Shown here: piece by piece, positions 9,733-19,011 of the stretch | How positions within the stretch are numbered: the stretch's first letter is position 1 | How the letters are laid out: each line of letters starts with the position of its first letter | Made by a program: the position numbers and the translations under genes | Source: Gammaproteobacteria bacterium | Lineage (GTDB): Bacteria; Pseudomonadota; Gammaproteobacteria; SZUA-140 | NCBI GenBank assembly: GCA_046754065.1 | Contig: JBHHVB010000001.1 | Span: 2,369-66,368 of the forward strand | Reading direction: 5' to 3' | Length of the DNA: 64,000 bases | Notes under the pieces: generated by a model | Database searches by the model: none | What the model was told of the DNA's origin: nothing | What the model saw: the letters and a program-made list of their open reading frames with translations, nothing else

Positions 9733-10929
9733 TTGGCGAGTGCGGAAATGTTCATGCTGATAATCAGTGTTATAGCGTTCCATGTTTCTGCACTGTGGCC
9801 TGTTATGACAATGGCAGATTATCTTGCGGATAAGGCGCCGAATGATTCGGTCGGCAACAACATGGTCGTAACAGGTAACGCTGTTCAGACTACTGCAGTC
9901 AAGCACTTGGGGGCTGCCTCATTACGCATTCCTGTGCCGGCAGCTGATATTGATTATGTTTCAACGACCGATGATGCTGAAGTCGAGCATGATGAAATCA
10001 TGATTTGTGGTTGGACGAGAGTGGATGATCGTGGTCAGACCAATCAGGTAACCCAGAAGAACTTTGCGTGGCAGGTTCAATTGCTTACCAACAGTAAAAT
10101 GCAGACCCGCTTCTGGGATACCAATTCAACAGCAACGCCTTATGCGGTGAGCTCTAATACACACACGTCAACAACTACATTTTTCCACTTTTGTTCCTAT
10201 TATCTCAATAACACAGTCAGGCTTAGGCTCAATGGTGGATCAGTCGCGCTTGCGTCGCATATTGGGACAATGGGATTAGGTACATGGGCGGCTGAAATTC
10301 CTCGCAGAAGCACCTTTTTTACCTCGGGGTATTTCGACGAGCACAAGATTTTCGATCTAGCCGGTTACTCTAATACACAGGCGGACGACCTGGCCCTTAA
10401 GGACTACAATAGTGGAACGGGTTATAGTTGTGCCGATACCACAACGGCAACATATTCCACGCAATTGCTTGCAAATGATGATTTAACGGCGTGTTGGGAT
10501 TTTGAGACGCCATCAGATGGTGTGGCGCCTGTTTGGCAGGGGGTTGGAACCGATCCGGATATCGTTGTTTCTCCGGGTATAAATGATGGTGAAATTGACG
10601 TTCAGTGGAGCGAAGCCATTGATACCGAATCAGCACCTGAAAAATATCAAGTTTGTTATGATTCTGATGCTGCGGCCGAAACCGGTTTTCCGGACTACGC
10701 GAGTTGTACCGGGTTCCTTTCCGAGACTACCGTAGGATGTAACACGGATGCTGTTTGTGACTATGTGTTGAGTGGGCTGGTGGCCGGGATCACCTATCGG
10801 GTGACGGTCCAGGCAGCGGATAACGTGGATAATGCCACTAGCTATATCGACCTGGTGGGCGAAGGTTGGCAGGAGAGTATTGCCACGAGATCCGGGCCAA
10901 TAAAAGGTGCTATCATCGTAGTGGATTAA
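9733..10929 (+). CDS. Hypothetical secreted protein with C-terminal fibronectin-type-III-like domain
   Basis: Hydrophobic N-terminus and a C-terminal ITYRVTVQAADNVDNAT FN3-like pattern; no recognisable catalytic motif. Its stop codon overlaps the ntrC stop on the opposite strand. Confidence 0.4.
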   Translation: MASAEMFMLIISVIAFHVSALWPVMTMADYLADKAPNDSVGNNMVVTGNAVQTTAVKHLGAASLRIPVPAADIDYVSTTDDAEVEHDEIMICGWTRVDDRGQTNQVTQKNFAWQVQLLTNSKMQTRFWDTNSTATPYAVSSNTHTSTTTFFHFCSYYLNNTVRLRLNGGSVALASHIGTMGLGTWAAEIPRRSTFFTSGYFDEHKIFDLAGYSNTQADDLALKDYNSGTGYSCADTTTATYSTQLLANDDLTACWDFETPSDGVAPVWQGVGTDPDIVVSPGINDGEIDVQWSEAIDTESAPEKYQVCYDSDAAAETGFPDYASCTGFLSETTVGCNTDAVCDYVLSGLVAGITYRVTVQAADNVDNATSYIDLVGEGWQESIATRSGPIKGAIIVVD

Positions 10930-12347
10930 ATACGGTTATCCTGTTTTTCTTTATCAATCCCAAGCTCCTTGATCTTTCGCGTCAACGTATTTCTACCCCA
11001 GCCCAGTAATTTGGCTGCATCCTGGCGTCGACCACTGGTGTGTCTAAGTGCAGTACCGATCATGATGCGTTCAAATTTAGGTATTGCTTGATTAAGAATG
11101 CCTTGTTGTCCAAGGTCCATTTCACGATTGGCCCAACTCTCAAGCGCCTTTTCCCAACGATCACCGGATTCGCCTTTTTTTGAGGATAGTTTGATTTCCG
11201 AGGGGAGATCGTCAAGGTGAATCGTTTGGCCTGGTGACATCACTGTTAACCATCTGCAGGCATTTTCAAGCTGTCTGACATTTCCCGGCCAGTCCAGTCT
11301 GCTTAAAAATTTTAGTGTACCTTTATCGATTGTTTTGGGTGCAACATCAATTTCCTTTGCCGCCCTGTTCATAAAGAATTGTGTCAACTGGGGGATGTCT
11401 TCACGTCTTTCCCGTAACGATGGTATATGAATGCGAATGACATTCAGACGGTGATAAAGGTCCTCTCGAAATAGATCATTAGTGACCCGTTGTCCCAGGT
11501 CCTGGTGTGTTGCGGCAATGATACGTACGTCGACCTTGATGGGCGTGTGTCCCCCAACTCGATAAAACTCACCGTCTGCCAACACACGCAATAGCCGGGT
11601 TTGCAATTCGACGGGCATATCGCCAATTTCATCCAGAAATAACGTGCCGCCGTCCGCCTGTTCGAAACGTCCACGGTGCATGTTTTGTGCACCGGTGAAT
11701 GCGCCTCTCTCATGTCCGAATAAATCTGATTCCAGTAAATCTTTAGGGATTGCCGCGGTATTGATGGCGATAAATGGTCCGCTGGAGCGGGGGCTGTGAT
11801 GATGAAGCGCGTGGGCAACGAGTTCCTTTCCTGTGCCCGATTCGCCGGTTAACAGCACGGTCATGTTTGATTGAGATAAACGTCCGATTGCTCGAAACAC
11901 CTCCTGCATCGCTGGCGCCTCACCAATAATGGTTGTGCCTTCCTTAACTGCTGTCGATGCTTTCGATCCGTTGCGTCTATTTTGTTTTATCGCCCTTTTT
12001 ACAAGGTCTGTGGCCTCATCGATATCAAACGGTTTGGGCAGGTACTCGAATGCACCACCCTGATACGCAGCCAATGCGCTGTCGAGGTCAGAATGTGCCG
12101 TCATGATAATCGTTGGCAGGTCCGGGAAATTCTGTTTTAGGCCCTCGAGTAATGCCAGACCGTCCATGCCTGGCATACGTATATCGGTAATGATGGCATC
12201 AGGCTGGTGCTTGTCGAGTCTTTCAAGAATACCAGATGCATTTTCAAAACAGGTCACATCAATATTTGCCTTGCCAAGTGCCTTTTCAAGAACCCAGCGG
12301 ATAGAACGGTCGTCATCAATGACCCAGATTTTCTCTTCGTTACTCAT
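10926..12347 (-). CDS. ntrC: Nitrogen regulation protein NR(I), sigma54-dependent response regulator NtrC
   Basis: REC domain (DDD...K), AAA+ sigma54-activator domain with GESGTGKE and GAFTGA motifs, C-terminal HTH. The likely start MSNEEKIWVIDDD lies 2 nt after the ntrB stop. Confidence 0.9.
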   Translation of the reverse strand: MSNEEKIWVIDDDRSIRWVLEKALGKANIDVTCFENASGILERLDKHQPDAIITDIRMPGMDGLALLEGLKQNFPDLPTIIMTAHSDLDSALAAYQGGAFEYLPKPFDIDEATDLVKRAIKQNRRNGSKASTAVKEGTTIIGEAPAMQEVFRAIGRLSQSNMTVLLTGESGTGKELVAHALHHHSPRSSGPFIAINTAAIPKDLLESDLFGHERGAFTGAQNMHRGRFEQADGGTLFLDEIGDMPVELQTRLLRVLADGEFYRVGGHTPIKVDVRIIAATHQDLGQRVTNDLFREDLYHRLNVIRIHIPSLRERREDIPQLTQFFMNRAAKEIDVAPKTIDKGTLKFLSRLDWPGNVRQLENACRWLTVMSPGQTIHLDDLPSEIKLSSKKGESGDRWEKALESWANREMDLGQQGILNQAIPKFERIMIGTALRHTSGRRQDAAKLLGWGRNTLTRKIKELGIDKEKQDNRI

Positions 12348-13416
12348 GGTGTTGCTCCAGCGGAAGGGTGATTCTGAATAGGGTTTCGCCAGGTTGGCTA
12401 GTGCATTCGATAATACCATTGTGTTGATTGACCAATGATTGTGCAATAGTCAGGCCCAGCCCGGTACCTTCAGGACGGCTCGTTATCATCGGGTAAAAGA
12501 TCTTCTCAATCATTTCATCCGGTATGCCCGGTCCGTTATCGATAATTTCCACCTGGACTGCCAGCTTGTAGATATTCTGGCCGAGAGTGAAATGCCGTTG
12601 AGTGCGTGTGCGAATCAGAATTTCTCCAGCCTGGCCAAGTGCCTGCATCGCATTTCTGGTAATGTTCAGGACTGCCTGAAATAACTGGTCTTCATCGATA
12701 AAAATGTCCGGAATACTTGGGTCATAGTCTCTGGATATTGAAATGTTTTCAGGGGTCTCGGCCTGAACCAGCAGGCGAACGTTTTCCAGAACTTTATGAA
12801 TATTAATATTCTCTTTTTTAGGTAGCGTTCTGGGTCCAAGAATGCGGTTGAGCAGGTTCTGCAGTCGGTCAGATTCGCCGATAATGATGTCTGTATATTC
12901 CTTTAATTCACGACCACCGGTTTCCTTCTCCAGTAATTGTGCCGCTCCCCGGAGACCACCTAACGGATTTTTGATTTCATGGGCCAGGCCGCGTAACAAT
13001 AATCTCGTATTTTGATATTGGTCAAGCAGCTGTTCCTCGCGTGCGATGCGCATATGGCGATCAATTTGTAATAGCTCCAGCAGTAATTCCTTGCCTCGAC
13101 CGCGTTCATTGAGCGGAGTGATAGAGCAGTCTACTGTGACAGTATGATGAGGCCTTAATACGAGCTGAATCCCGTGCTCTGTGTAGGCAGACCGGGACCG
13201 ATGTGACTTTTCAAGTATTCCCAGTACGGAGCCTGCATTTGGGATCAGAGACTGGATAGCGGTTCCAAGGACCTGTCTGGCGGAAGCAGCAAACAACATT
13301 TCTCCTGCCGTATTGATATATTTCAGTTGAAACGACTCGTCCAGCAATAATACCGCCGTGGTCTGATTATCCAGCACATGTTGTAGTGTCTCATTTTGGG
13401 TCATGTTGGTATCCAT
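12340..13416 (-). CDS. ntrB: Nitrogen regulation sensor histidine kinase NtrB
   Basis: PAS-like N-terminus, H-box HEIKNPL, ATP-binding N/G boxes; directly upstream of ntrC. Confidence 0.85.
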   Translation of the reverse strand: MDTNMTQNETLQHVLDNQTTAVLLLDESFQLKYINTAGEMLFAASARQVLGTAIQSLIPNAGSVLGILEKSHRSRSAYTEHGIQLVLRPHHTVTVDCSITPLNERGRGKELLLELLQIDRHMRIAREEQLLDQYQNTRLLLRGLAHEIKNPLGGLRGAAQLLEKETGGRELKEYTDIIIGESDRLQNLLNRILGPRTLPKKENINIHKVLENVRLLVQAETPENISISRDYDPSIPDIFIDEDQLFQAVLNITRNAMQALGQAGEILIRTRTQRHFTLGQNIYKLAVQVEIIDNGPGIPDEMIEKIFYPMITSRPEGTGLGLTIAQSLVNQHNGIIECTSQPGETLFRITLPLEQHHE

Positions 13417-13509
13417 TAATAAGTCATAGCAAAAACTAAACCAACCATTATCTGACGGAGAGTATTTCCAGATATTGAATTGGGCATGCCCAAGATAAAT
13501 AAAAAAAAT

Positions 13510-13537
13510 ATTATTATAATCATATAGATATAATAAT
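13510..13537. promoter_or_regulatory. AT-rich inverted repeat ATTATTATA-N10-TATAATAAT in ntrB upstream region
   Basis: Seen directly; its function is unknown. Confidence 0.2.
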
Positions 13538-13617
13538 ACTCAGTTTTGTATTTTTGTAAAAACTTCGTTGTTGACCGGTTATCAGATCCGCGAGGCTGAC
13601 TTGACGTAAATCGTTAC

Positions 13618-13632
13618 GCACTATTATAGTGC
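13618..13632. promoter_or_regulatory. Palindrome GCACTATTATAGTGC (NtrC-like GCAC...GTGC half-sites) upstream of ntrB
   Basis: Perfect 15-bp dyad with GCAC/GTGC ends resembling the NtrC recognition core; the spacing is one base shorter than the enterobacterial consensus. Confidence 0.25.
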
Positions 13633-13635
13633 AAT

Positions 13636-14172
13636 CTATTGCGTTGAGGAACGCTGGAATAACTTCGAATGTCGCTTGACGTGAATGGATATCGCTTTTG
13701 ACGAGATCAGTTTGGTTCCCTTTTTATCAATCACAAACGCCTGTAACGAATGGCTGCCCCGGTCCAGATTGTCAATCTTGTAATGAGCGGAGTTGGCGGG
13801 CTCGCCCAGCGGTTTGCCGTTCATTTGTAATACAACCCTATGTCCTTCATTGATCCGTAATGCAGGGGATATCGATAGCTCGATATTGACTGTTCCCGCG
13901 TTATCTCTAATTGTTTCATTGTTAACAGGTCTCACGAATCCCAGTTCCTCGTATATCGCAGTTGATTGCTGTTCTCCGTCATGTTGTTCTGATTTTGGTG
14001 AATTAATCGCTCTCACTTTATAAGTTTGTGCAGGGTCGATATCTACTTGCTCAGCGCCCGGGAGGGGCTTATCTGAAAAGCTGGCGCTTCCATCAGCTTC
14101 AATTCGCTTGTATATAGCTGCGTGAGTGGTAAGAAACAGTCCAAGCAAGATGATTAGAAAAAGGTATTTCAT
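13636..14172 (-). CDS. DUF4124 domain-containing periplasmic protein
   Basis: Signal peptide MKYLFLIILLGLFLTTHA followed by the AIYKRIEADGSASFSDKP motif typical of DUF4124. The same glnA-hypothetical-ntrBC arrangement is known in pseudomonads. Confidence 0.65.
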   Translation of the reverse strand: MKYLFLIILLGLFLTTHAAIYKRIEADGSASFSDKPLPGAEQVDIDPAQTYKVRAINSPKSEQHDGEQQSTAIYEELGFVRPVNNETIRDNAGTVNIELSISPALRINEGHRVVLQMNGKPLGEPANSAHYKIDNLDRGSHSLQAFVIDKKGTKLISSKAISIHVKRHSKLFQRSSTQ

Positions 14173-14224
14173 GTGATCACAAGTATCCGGTAGACCCAAT
14201 TGATAATATGGCATAACTTTATGC

Positions 14225-14258
14225 CAAAAAAAAACGCCTCGCAAGGAGGCGTTTTTTA
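14225..14258. terminator. Bidirectional Rho-independent terminator downstream of glnA
   Basis: acgcctc-gcaag-gaggcgt hairpin flanked by an A-run on one side and a T-run on the other. Confidence 0.7.
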
Positions 14259-14277
14259 CACTGCATCAGAGGTTTGC

Positions 14278-15687
14278 TTACAAGCTAAAGTACATATCAA
14301 ACTCTGCAGGGTGGGTTGTCATGCGTAACGTCGTGACTTCTTCTGCCTTCAGTCCCAGATAACCATCTATCATGTCGTCTGTAAATACCCCGCCAGCGGT
14401 CAGGAACTTGCGATCCGAATCCAGTGCATCAAGAGACATTTCCAGAGACGAACTAACCGTTGCAATGGCCGATGCCTCTTCGGCAGGCAGATCATAAAGA
14501 TCCTTGTCCATTGCGTCGCCAGGGTTGATTTTATTTTTAATGCCATCCAGTCCAGCCATCATCATTGCAGCAAATGCGAAGTATGGATTACCGCATGAAT
14601 CCGGGAATCGAATTTCGACGCGACGAGCTTTTGGATTTGTCACGTAAGGAATACGTACTGAAGCTGAGCGGTTGCGTGCTGAGTACGCCAGCATCACAGG
14701 TGCTTCGAATCCTGGTACAAGACGCTTGTAACTATTGGTGCTCGCGTTGGTGAAAGCATTCAATGCGCGTGCGTGCTTGAAGATACCACCGATATAATAG
14801 AGTGCCTGTTCAGACAGCCCACCATATTTGTTACCGCTGAACAGGTTTTTGCCGCCTTTGGCTAGCGACTGATGGACATGCATTCCGCTGCCGTTATCGC
14901 CGACGATTGGTTTTGGCATAAATGTCGCGGTCTTGCCATAGGCATGCGCAACGTTTTGCACAACATATTTCAAAATTTGTACTTCGTCAGCCTTTCGGGT
15001 GAGGGTGTTGAATGAGGTGCCGATCTCGCACTGACCTGCCGTGGCGACTTCATGATGATGGACTTCCACTTCCAAGCCCATTTCCTCAAGTGCCAGGCAC
15101 ATTGCAGCGCGAATGTCGTGCAGGGAATCAACTGGTGGTACAGGGAAATAACCACCTTTAACACCTGGTCGGTGCCCGATGTTACCGTCATCAAATACTC
15201 TTTCTGAGTTCCATGAGGCTTCCTCTGAGTCAACCTTGTAAAATGCACCGCTCATATCAACGCCCCAGCGCACGTCATCCAGAATAAAAAACTCCGGCTC
15301 AGGACCAAAGTAAGCGGTATCAGCAATCTTGGTAGCTTTTAGATAAGCCTCCGCGCGCTCCGCTATGGAACGAGGATCACGTTCGTAACCCTTCATTGTG
15401 GCTGGCTCAAGAATATTGCAGCGAATGATGACGGATGGTTCGTCAGAAAAAATATCCATGACTGCCGTTGTCGTATCCGGCATTAAAATCATGTCAGACT
15501 CATTAATGCCTTTCCAGCCGGCAATCGATGATCCGTCGAACATTTTACCCTCTTTAAAAAAGCTGGAATCAACCTGGCTAACTGGCATGGAAACATGCTG
15601 TTCCTTGCCTCGGGTGTCGGTAAAACGCAAATCAACGAACTTTACGCCGTTGTCTTTGATCATCTTAGTTACTTTTGTTGCTGACAT
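14278..15687 (-). CDS. glnA: Glutamine synthetase type I GlnA
   Basis: 469 aa with the full GS-I signature and the adenylylation-site region NLYDLP. Confidence 0.95.
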   Translation of the reverse strand: MSATKVTKMIKDNGVKFVDLRFTDTRGKEQHVSMPVSQVDSSFFKEGKMFDGSSIAGWKGINESDMILMPDTTTAVMDIFSDEPSVIIRCNILEPATMKGYERDPRSIAERAEAYLKATKIADTAYFGPEPEFFILDDVRWGVDMSGAFYKVDSEEASWNSERVFDDGNIGHRPGVKGGYFPVPPVDSLHDIRAAMCLALEEMGLEVEVHHHEVATAGQCEIGTSFNTLTRKADEVQILKYVVQNVAHAYGKTATFMPKPIVGDNGSGMHVHQSLAKGGKNLFSGNKYGGLSEQALYYIGGIFKHARALNAFTNASTNSYKRLVPGFEAPVMLAYSARNRSASVRIPYVTNPKARRVEIRFPDSCGNPYFAFAAMMMAGLDGIKNKINPGDAMDKDLYDLPAEEASAIATVSSSLEMSLDALDSDRKFLTAGGVFTDDMIDGYLGLKAEEVTTLRMTTHPAEFDMYFSL

Positions 15688-15756
15688 TGGTGCTCCTCCA
15701 GAGGTGCTAAGTTTTAGTTAGTCTTTAACGTTCAATTTTAATGACGCATCGCATAT

Positions 15757-15771
15757 GCATGAAATATGCCA
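15757..15771 (-). promoter_or_regulatory. Sigma54 (-24/-12) promoter candidate for glnA: TGGCAT-N5-ATGCA on minus strand
   Basis: GG-N10-GC spacing is exact; 5/6 and 4/5 matches to TGGCAC-N5-TTGCA; about 58 nt upstream of the glnA ATG. Confidence 0.5.
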
Positions 15772-15854
15772 TCGATAAATACATAATAATTTCATCAGCT
15801 TAGAATAATTTTTGACAATGTATTACTAAAAAATGAACCATAATGGCGCAATGA

Positions 15855-15871
15855 TGCATTATTATGGTGCA
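15855..15871. promoter_or_regulatory. NtrC enhancer-like site TGCATTATTATGGTGCA upstream of glnA sigma54 promoter
   Basis: Matches TGCACCA-N3-TGGTGCA at 15/17 positions, about 90 bp upstream of the -24/-12 element. Confidence 0.45.
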
Positions 15872-16113
15872 TCTACTTTGTTATTATTCTGGACCTCAAT
15901 AATGATAGTTATCTCGTTATCGTGTTCTTTTGTCTCAATAACCCTGTGCCCGTGTATTCTGCACCAGGCAGGAATATCATTCAGCGTGCCAGGATCTGTG
16001 CACAGGACGTGCAGGATATCATGATTATGCAGATTTTTTATCCTGTTTTGTGTTCTTATTACCGGTAGCGGGCAAAGCTGGTTGCGAACGTCCAGTTCAT
16101 ATTCGGATTTCAT
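15862..16113 (-). CDS. tusA: TusA-family sulfurtransferase (CPxP motif)
   Basis: About 80 aa with the conserved N-terminal Cys in the LCPLPV motif. Its start overlaps the stop of the upstream PP-loop gene (ATGA). Confidence 0.75.
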   Translation of the reverse strand: MKSEYELDVRNQLCPLPVIRTQNRIKNLHNHDILHVLCTDPGTLNDIPAWCRIHGHRVIETKEHDNEITIIIEVQNNNKVDAP

Positions 16114-17165
16114 ATGTACCATGATTCCGGGATTTCATCATTTTTTAGGGGAACGACATCAATTAACTGTGGTGCACGACTATTATCAGCAATACTGACC
16201 TTTACTGACTTTGCTTCCCGCCCCTGACTAAATCTTGCAACCAGTTTCGCTGCAAGTTCCAGATCATCTTCATCGACGTCACCGTCGATTAGCGCAGTCG
16301 GACCGTTATGACTGATCGTTTGCAGATGAGTGAATTGTTTTTTATAGCCATTGAGAAAATTATTTTCTCCTTCCTCTCTACCGATAATCAGTTTGAAATT
16401 GGGACCGGGTCTGAGATGCCGGCCTACCTTTAATAACATGATGTCATCGATTTCGTATTTTTGATTACCCTGATGTTGCCACATATCTGCCAATTTGGCG
16501 GAATATTCGGCATTGGTTAAAAAGCAGCAGCCTCCCGCCGGTTGGGCGTAATCTTCAAACTGAAACTGTTTCGCGAGCTCCATTTGTTTCTTTCGCGATC
16601 GCCCGCTAATACCGAGCAGTCCATTGCGACTAACCCAGCCTTCTTTTTCCGGCAACGTTAACGGAAGATTTTTTGCGCATAAGGGTCTCAGAAGGCGGTC
16701 ATCCGCGCCTGATTCCCTCGCTATGACTGGCATCGTATCCTTGCGTTGTGACATCGGTCTCTGACCAATGACCTCACCGGTTATGATGAAATCAAACCCG
16801 TTTTCCTCCATCCATTTTAGTGCCTGCTGGACCATGAAAGTCTTGCAGTCCAGGCAAGGATTAAGATTGGCACCATAGCCATGTTTCGGGTTTGTTAAAA
16901 TGTTCTTGTACTCTTCAATGACGTCGATGATATGTAACTTGATACCAAGTTGTTCGGCGGCCCACAGTGCGTTATTTCTTTTTGGTTTGGTGCGGTCTTT
17001 TTTACGGATGGCATGGGTATGTCCTTCGACGCAAAAACCGGTATAAAAATTAATGCCTTCAACATGAACACCCTGTTCAAGAATAACTTTTGCAGCGAGC
17101 AAGGAGTCGAGTCCACCAGAAATCAGTGCAACGGCTTTACGTTGTTTGGTCATATCCAGAGTCAA
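16110..17165 (-). CDS. ThiI-like PP-loop ATP pyrophosphatase lacking THUMP and rhodanese domains
   Basis: N-terminal SGGLDS PP-loop and an ITGEVIGQRPMSQ motif resembling ThiI ITGESLGQVASQ; only 351 aa, so it has no N-terminal THUMP or C-terminal rhodanese. Translationally coupled to tusA. Confidence 0.55.
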   Translation of the reverse strand: MTLDMTKQRKAVALISGGLDSLLAAKVILEQGVHVEGINFYTGFCVEGHTHAIRKKDRTKPKRNNALWAAEQLGIKLHIIDVIEEYKNILTNPKHGYGANLNPCLDCKTFMVQQALKWMEENGFDFIITGEVIGQRPMSQRKDTMPVIARESGADDRLLRPLCAKNLPLTLPEKEGWVSRNGLLGISGRSRKKQMELAKQFQFEDYAQPAGGCCFLTNAEYSAKLADMWQHQGNQKYEIDDIMLLKVGRHLRPGPNFKLIIGREEGENNFLNGYKKQFTHLQTISHNGPTALIDGDVDEDDLELAAKLVARFSQGREAKSVKVSIADNSRAPQLIDVVPLKNDEIPESWYI

Positions 17166-17264
17166 ATAGAATACAGGCAGCAGATGATAGCAAAATTCAC
17201 CGCTTGTAAGAAGCGGCGAAGCGTCGGCAACTTAATTTAGTGCCGGGATAATTGGATGTGATGA

Positions 17265-17948
17265 TTAATGAAATGCGTCTCTGGAAGTTGATTCCAGGTC
17301 AATGACGTCGGTTCTAATCGGGTGTGATTTGGTGATATCTGTAATCAGATTAAACGCGTGTCGACTACCGGTGTCGTTCCAAAGTTCATACGCGTGTAAT
17401 AATGTCATGCCTGGTTTTTCGCTTCGCAATGAACGCATCGTCTGAAGAATATCCATCATTAAAACAAAATTTTCAGATAAACTGGTGTAGACTTCCTTGT
17501 TATTAACGTTTGCCGCATTAGCCAGTTGATAATATGCGCTACGGCCTAACTCAACAAAGTAACTGACCTTGACGGATCTTCTTTCAGCATGTCTGGGAAA
17601 TAATCCCGAGAACAGAAGACAATGATCGCCGACATCCCGAAGTTGTTCCTGCCGGGTTCTCTTGCCGGGTCCTTCAGTGCTTAAATAGTCAACCGACATA
17701 ATTCTTTCGGCCATATGGGGTTGGTTGGTGAAGCGCATTAACAGGAAAACAAGGTAGCTCTCCAGGTCTTCGCCGAGTGCGCAATTGACAGCACTCTCAG
17801 CTTCGCTTACCAATGAGTGCCAATGGGCTGTTGTTGTTGGTTGTAATATTATTTCGGCCATGTTTTTCGCGTCCCGTATTTGAGCGTCCTTGCTTTTTTT
17901 ATCGGCCAATACGCCGGGGACTTTACAGAGTTGAACGGCCACGGACAT
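17265..17948 (-). CDS. Hypothetical protein (227 aa), first gene of putative hyp-thiI-like-tusA operon
   Basis: No recognisable motif; co-oriented with the ThiI-like gene, separated from it by 100 bp. Confidence 0.35.
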   Translation of the reverse strand: MSVAVQLCKVPGVLADKKSKDAQIRDAKNMAEIILQPTTTAHWHSLVSEAESAVNCALGEDLESYLVFLLMRFTNQPHMAERIMSVDYLSTEGPGKRTRQEQLRDVGDHCLLFSGLFPRHAERRSVKVSYFVELGRSAYYQLANAANVNNKEVYTSLSENFVLMMDILQTMRSLRSEKPGMTLLHAYELWNDTGSRHAFNLITDITKSHPIRTDVIDLESTSRDAFH

Positions 17949-18063
17949 CGCTGTTGGTTCTACGTGTAAAGATTGCTGACAGTTAATTTTTTCTTTATAT
18001 ACAAATCAGTCCGTTAGCACGCTATACTAATAAGCTTCAAAAATTGATAGTTAGATAAAAGAC

Positions 18064-19011
18064 GTGTCATCACAACATTTACCAGATATTTCAACGTTTC
18101 AGGGTCTCATTCTCCAGCTTCAACAATATTGGGCAGCGCAGGGATGTGTGTTATTGCAACCTTACGATATGGAGGTGGGCGCAGGAACGTTTCATCCTGC
18201 CACTTTTTTGCGTTCAATCGGTCCGGAGCCGTGGAGTGCCGCCTACGTGCAGCCTTCGCGCAGACCAACAGATGGACGCTATGGAGAAAACCCGAATCGA
18301 CTGCAGCATTACTATCAATTTCAGGTTGTCATTAAACCTTCGCCACTTGATATTCAGGCGCTGTATCTGGGTTCTCTAAAATCATTGGGTATAGATCCTC
18401 TCGTGCATGATATTCGCTTTGTTGAAGACAACTGGGAGTCTCCGACGCTGGGCGCCTGGGGGCTTGGCTGGGAGGTATGGCTGAATGGAATGGAGGTCAC
18501 TCAATTTACCTATTTTCAACAGGTGGGCGGTCTCGATTGCTCGCCAGTGACCGGCGAGATTACCTATGGTCTGGAACGTATCGCCATGTACTTGCAGGGA
18601 GTGGAAAGTGTTTTTGATCTGACCTGGACCGATGGCCCGTTGGGCAAGGTAACGTATGGTGATGTGTTTCATCAAAATGAAGTAGAAATGTCCTGTTACA
18701 ACTTCGAGCTTGCAGATGTGCCTTCCTTGTTTGAGGCGTTTGATCATTGCGAAAGCGAAAGTAAAAAACTCATTGCAGCAGGAAAATCATTGCCCGCTTA
18801 TGAGAAGGTCCTGAAGGCGTCCCATCTGTTTAATCTGCTTGATGCGCGTCACGCGATCAGTGTAACTGAAAGAGCGAGATTTATCGGACGCGTCAGGAAT
18901 TTATCTCGTGCAGTAGCAGAGGTGTATTACGAAGGGCGCGAAGCGCTGGGATTCCCAATGTGCAAAACTTCGAATAGAGCACAAAATGATAAATTGGAGA
19001 AAGTATCGTGA
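18064..19011 (+). CDS. glyQ: Glycine--tRNA ligase alpha subunit
   Basis: Strong match to the GlyQ family; the GTG at 18064 is the apparent start; overlaps glyS (ATGA-type coupling). Confidence 0.9.
   Translation: MSSQHLPDISTFQGLILQLQQYWAAQGCVLLQPYDMEVGAGTFHPATFLRSIGPEPWSAAYVQPSRRPTDGRYGENPNRLQHYYQFQVVIKPSPLDIQALYLGSLKSLGIDPLVHDIRFVEDNWESPTLGAWGLGWEVWLNGMEVTQFTYFQQVGGLDCSPVTGEITYGLERIAMYLQGVESVFDLTWTDGPLGKVTYGDVFHQNEVEMSCYNFELADVPSLFEAFDHCESESKKLIAAGKSLPAYEKVLKASHLFNLLDARHAISVTERARFIGRVRNLSRAVAEVYYEGREALGFPMCKTSNRAQNDKLEKVS

Noticed and set aside
10926-10929. TTAA shared by convergent stop codons of the FN3-like gene and ntrC
   Set aside because: A real but trivial overlap of two stop codons; no functional implication can be supported.
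11444-11818. Antisense and alternative-frame ORFs inside well-supported genes (e.g. 11444-11818 in ntrC, 22675-23199 in the lipoprotein gene, 26376-26729 in imuB, 51095-51729 series in the RND gene, 35500-35788 opposite cbbL)
   Set aside because: Each is fully embedded in a gene with strong family-level similarity on the other strand or frame. They have no independent start context and show skewed, low-complexity composition typical of shadow ORFs in GC-moderate DNA.
13417-13460. Weak GG-N10-GC (sigma54-like) match directly upstream of ntrB
   Set aside because: The -24 element is poor (TTGGTT) and it leaves almost no 5'UTR before the ntrB start codon, so it is not convincing enough to call.
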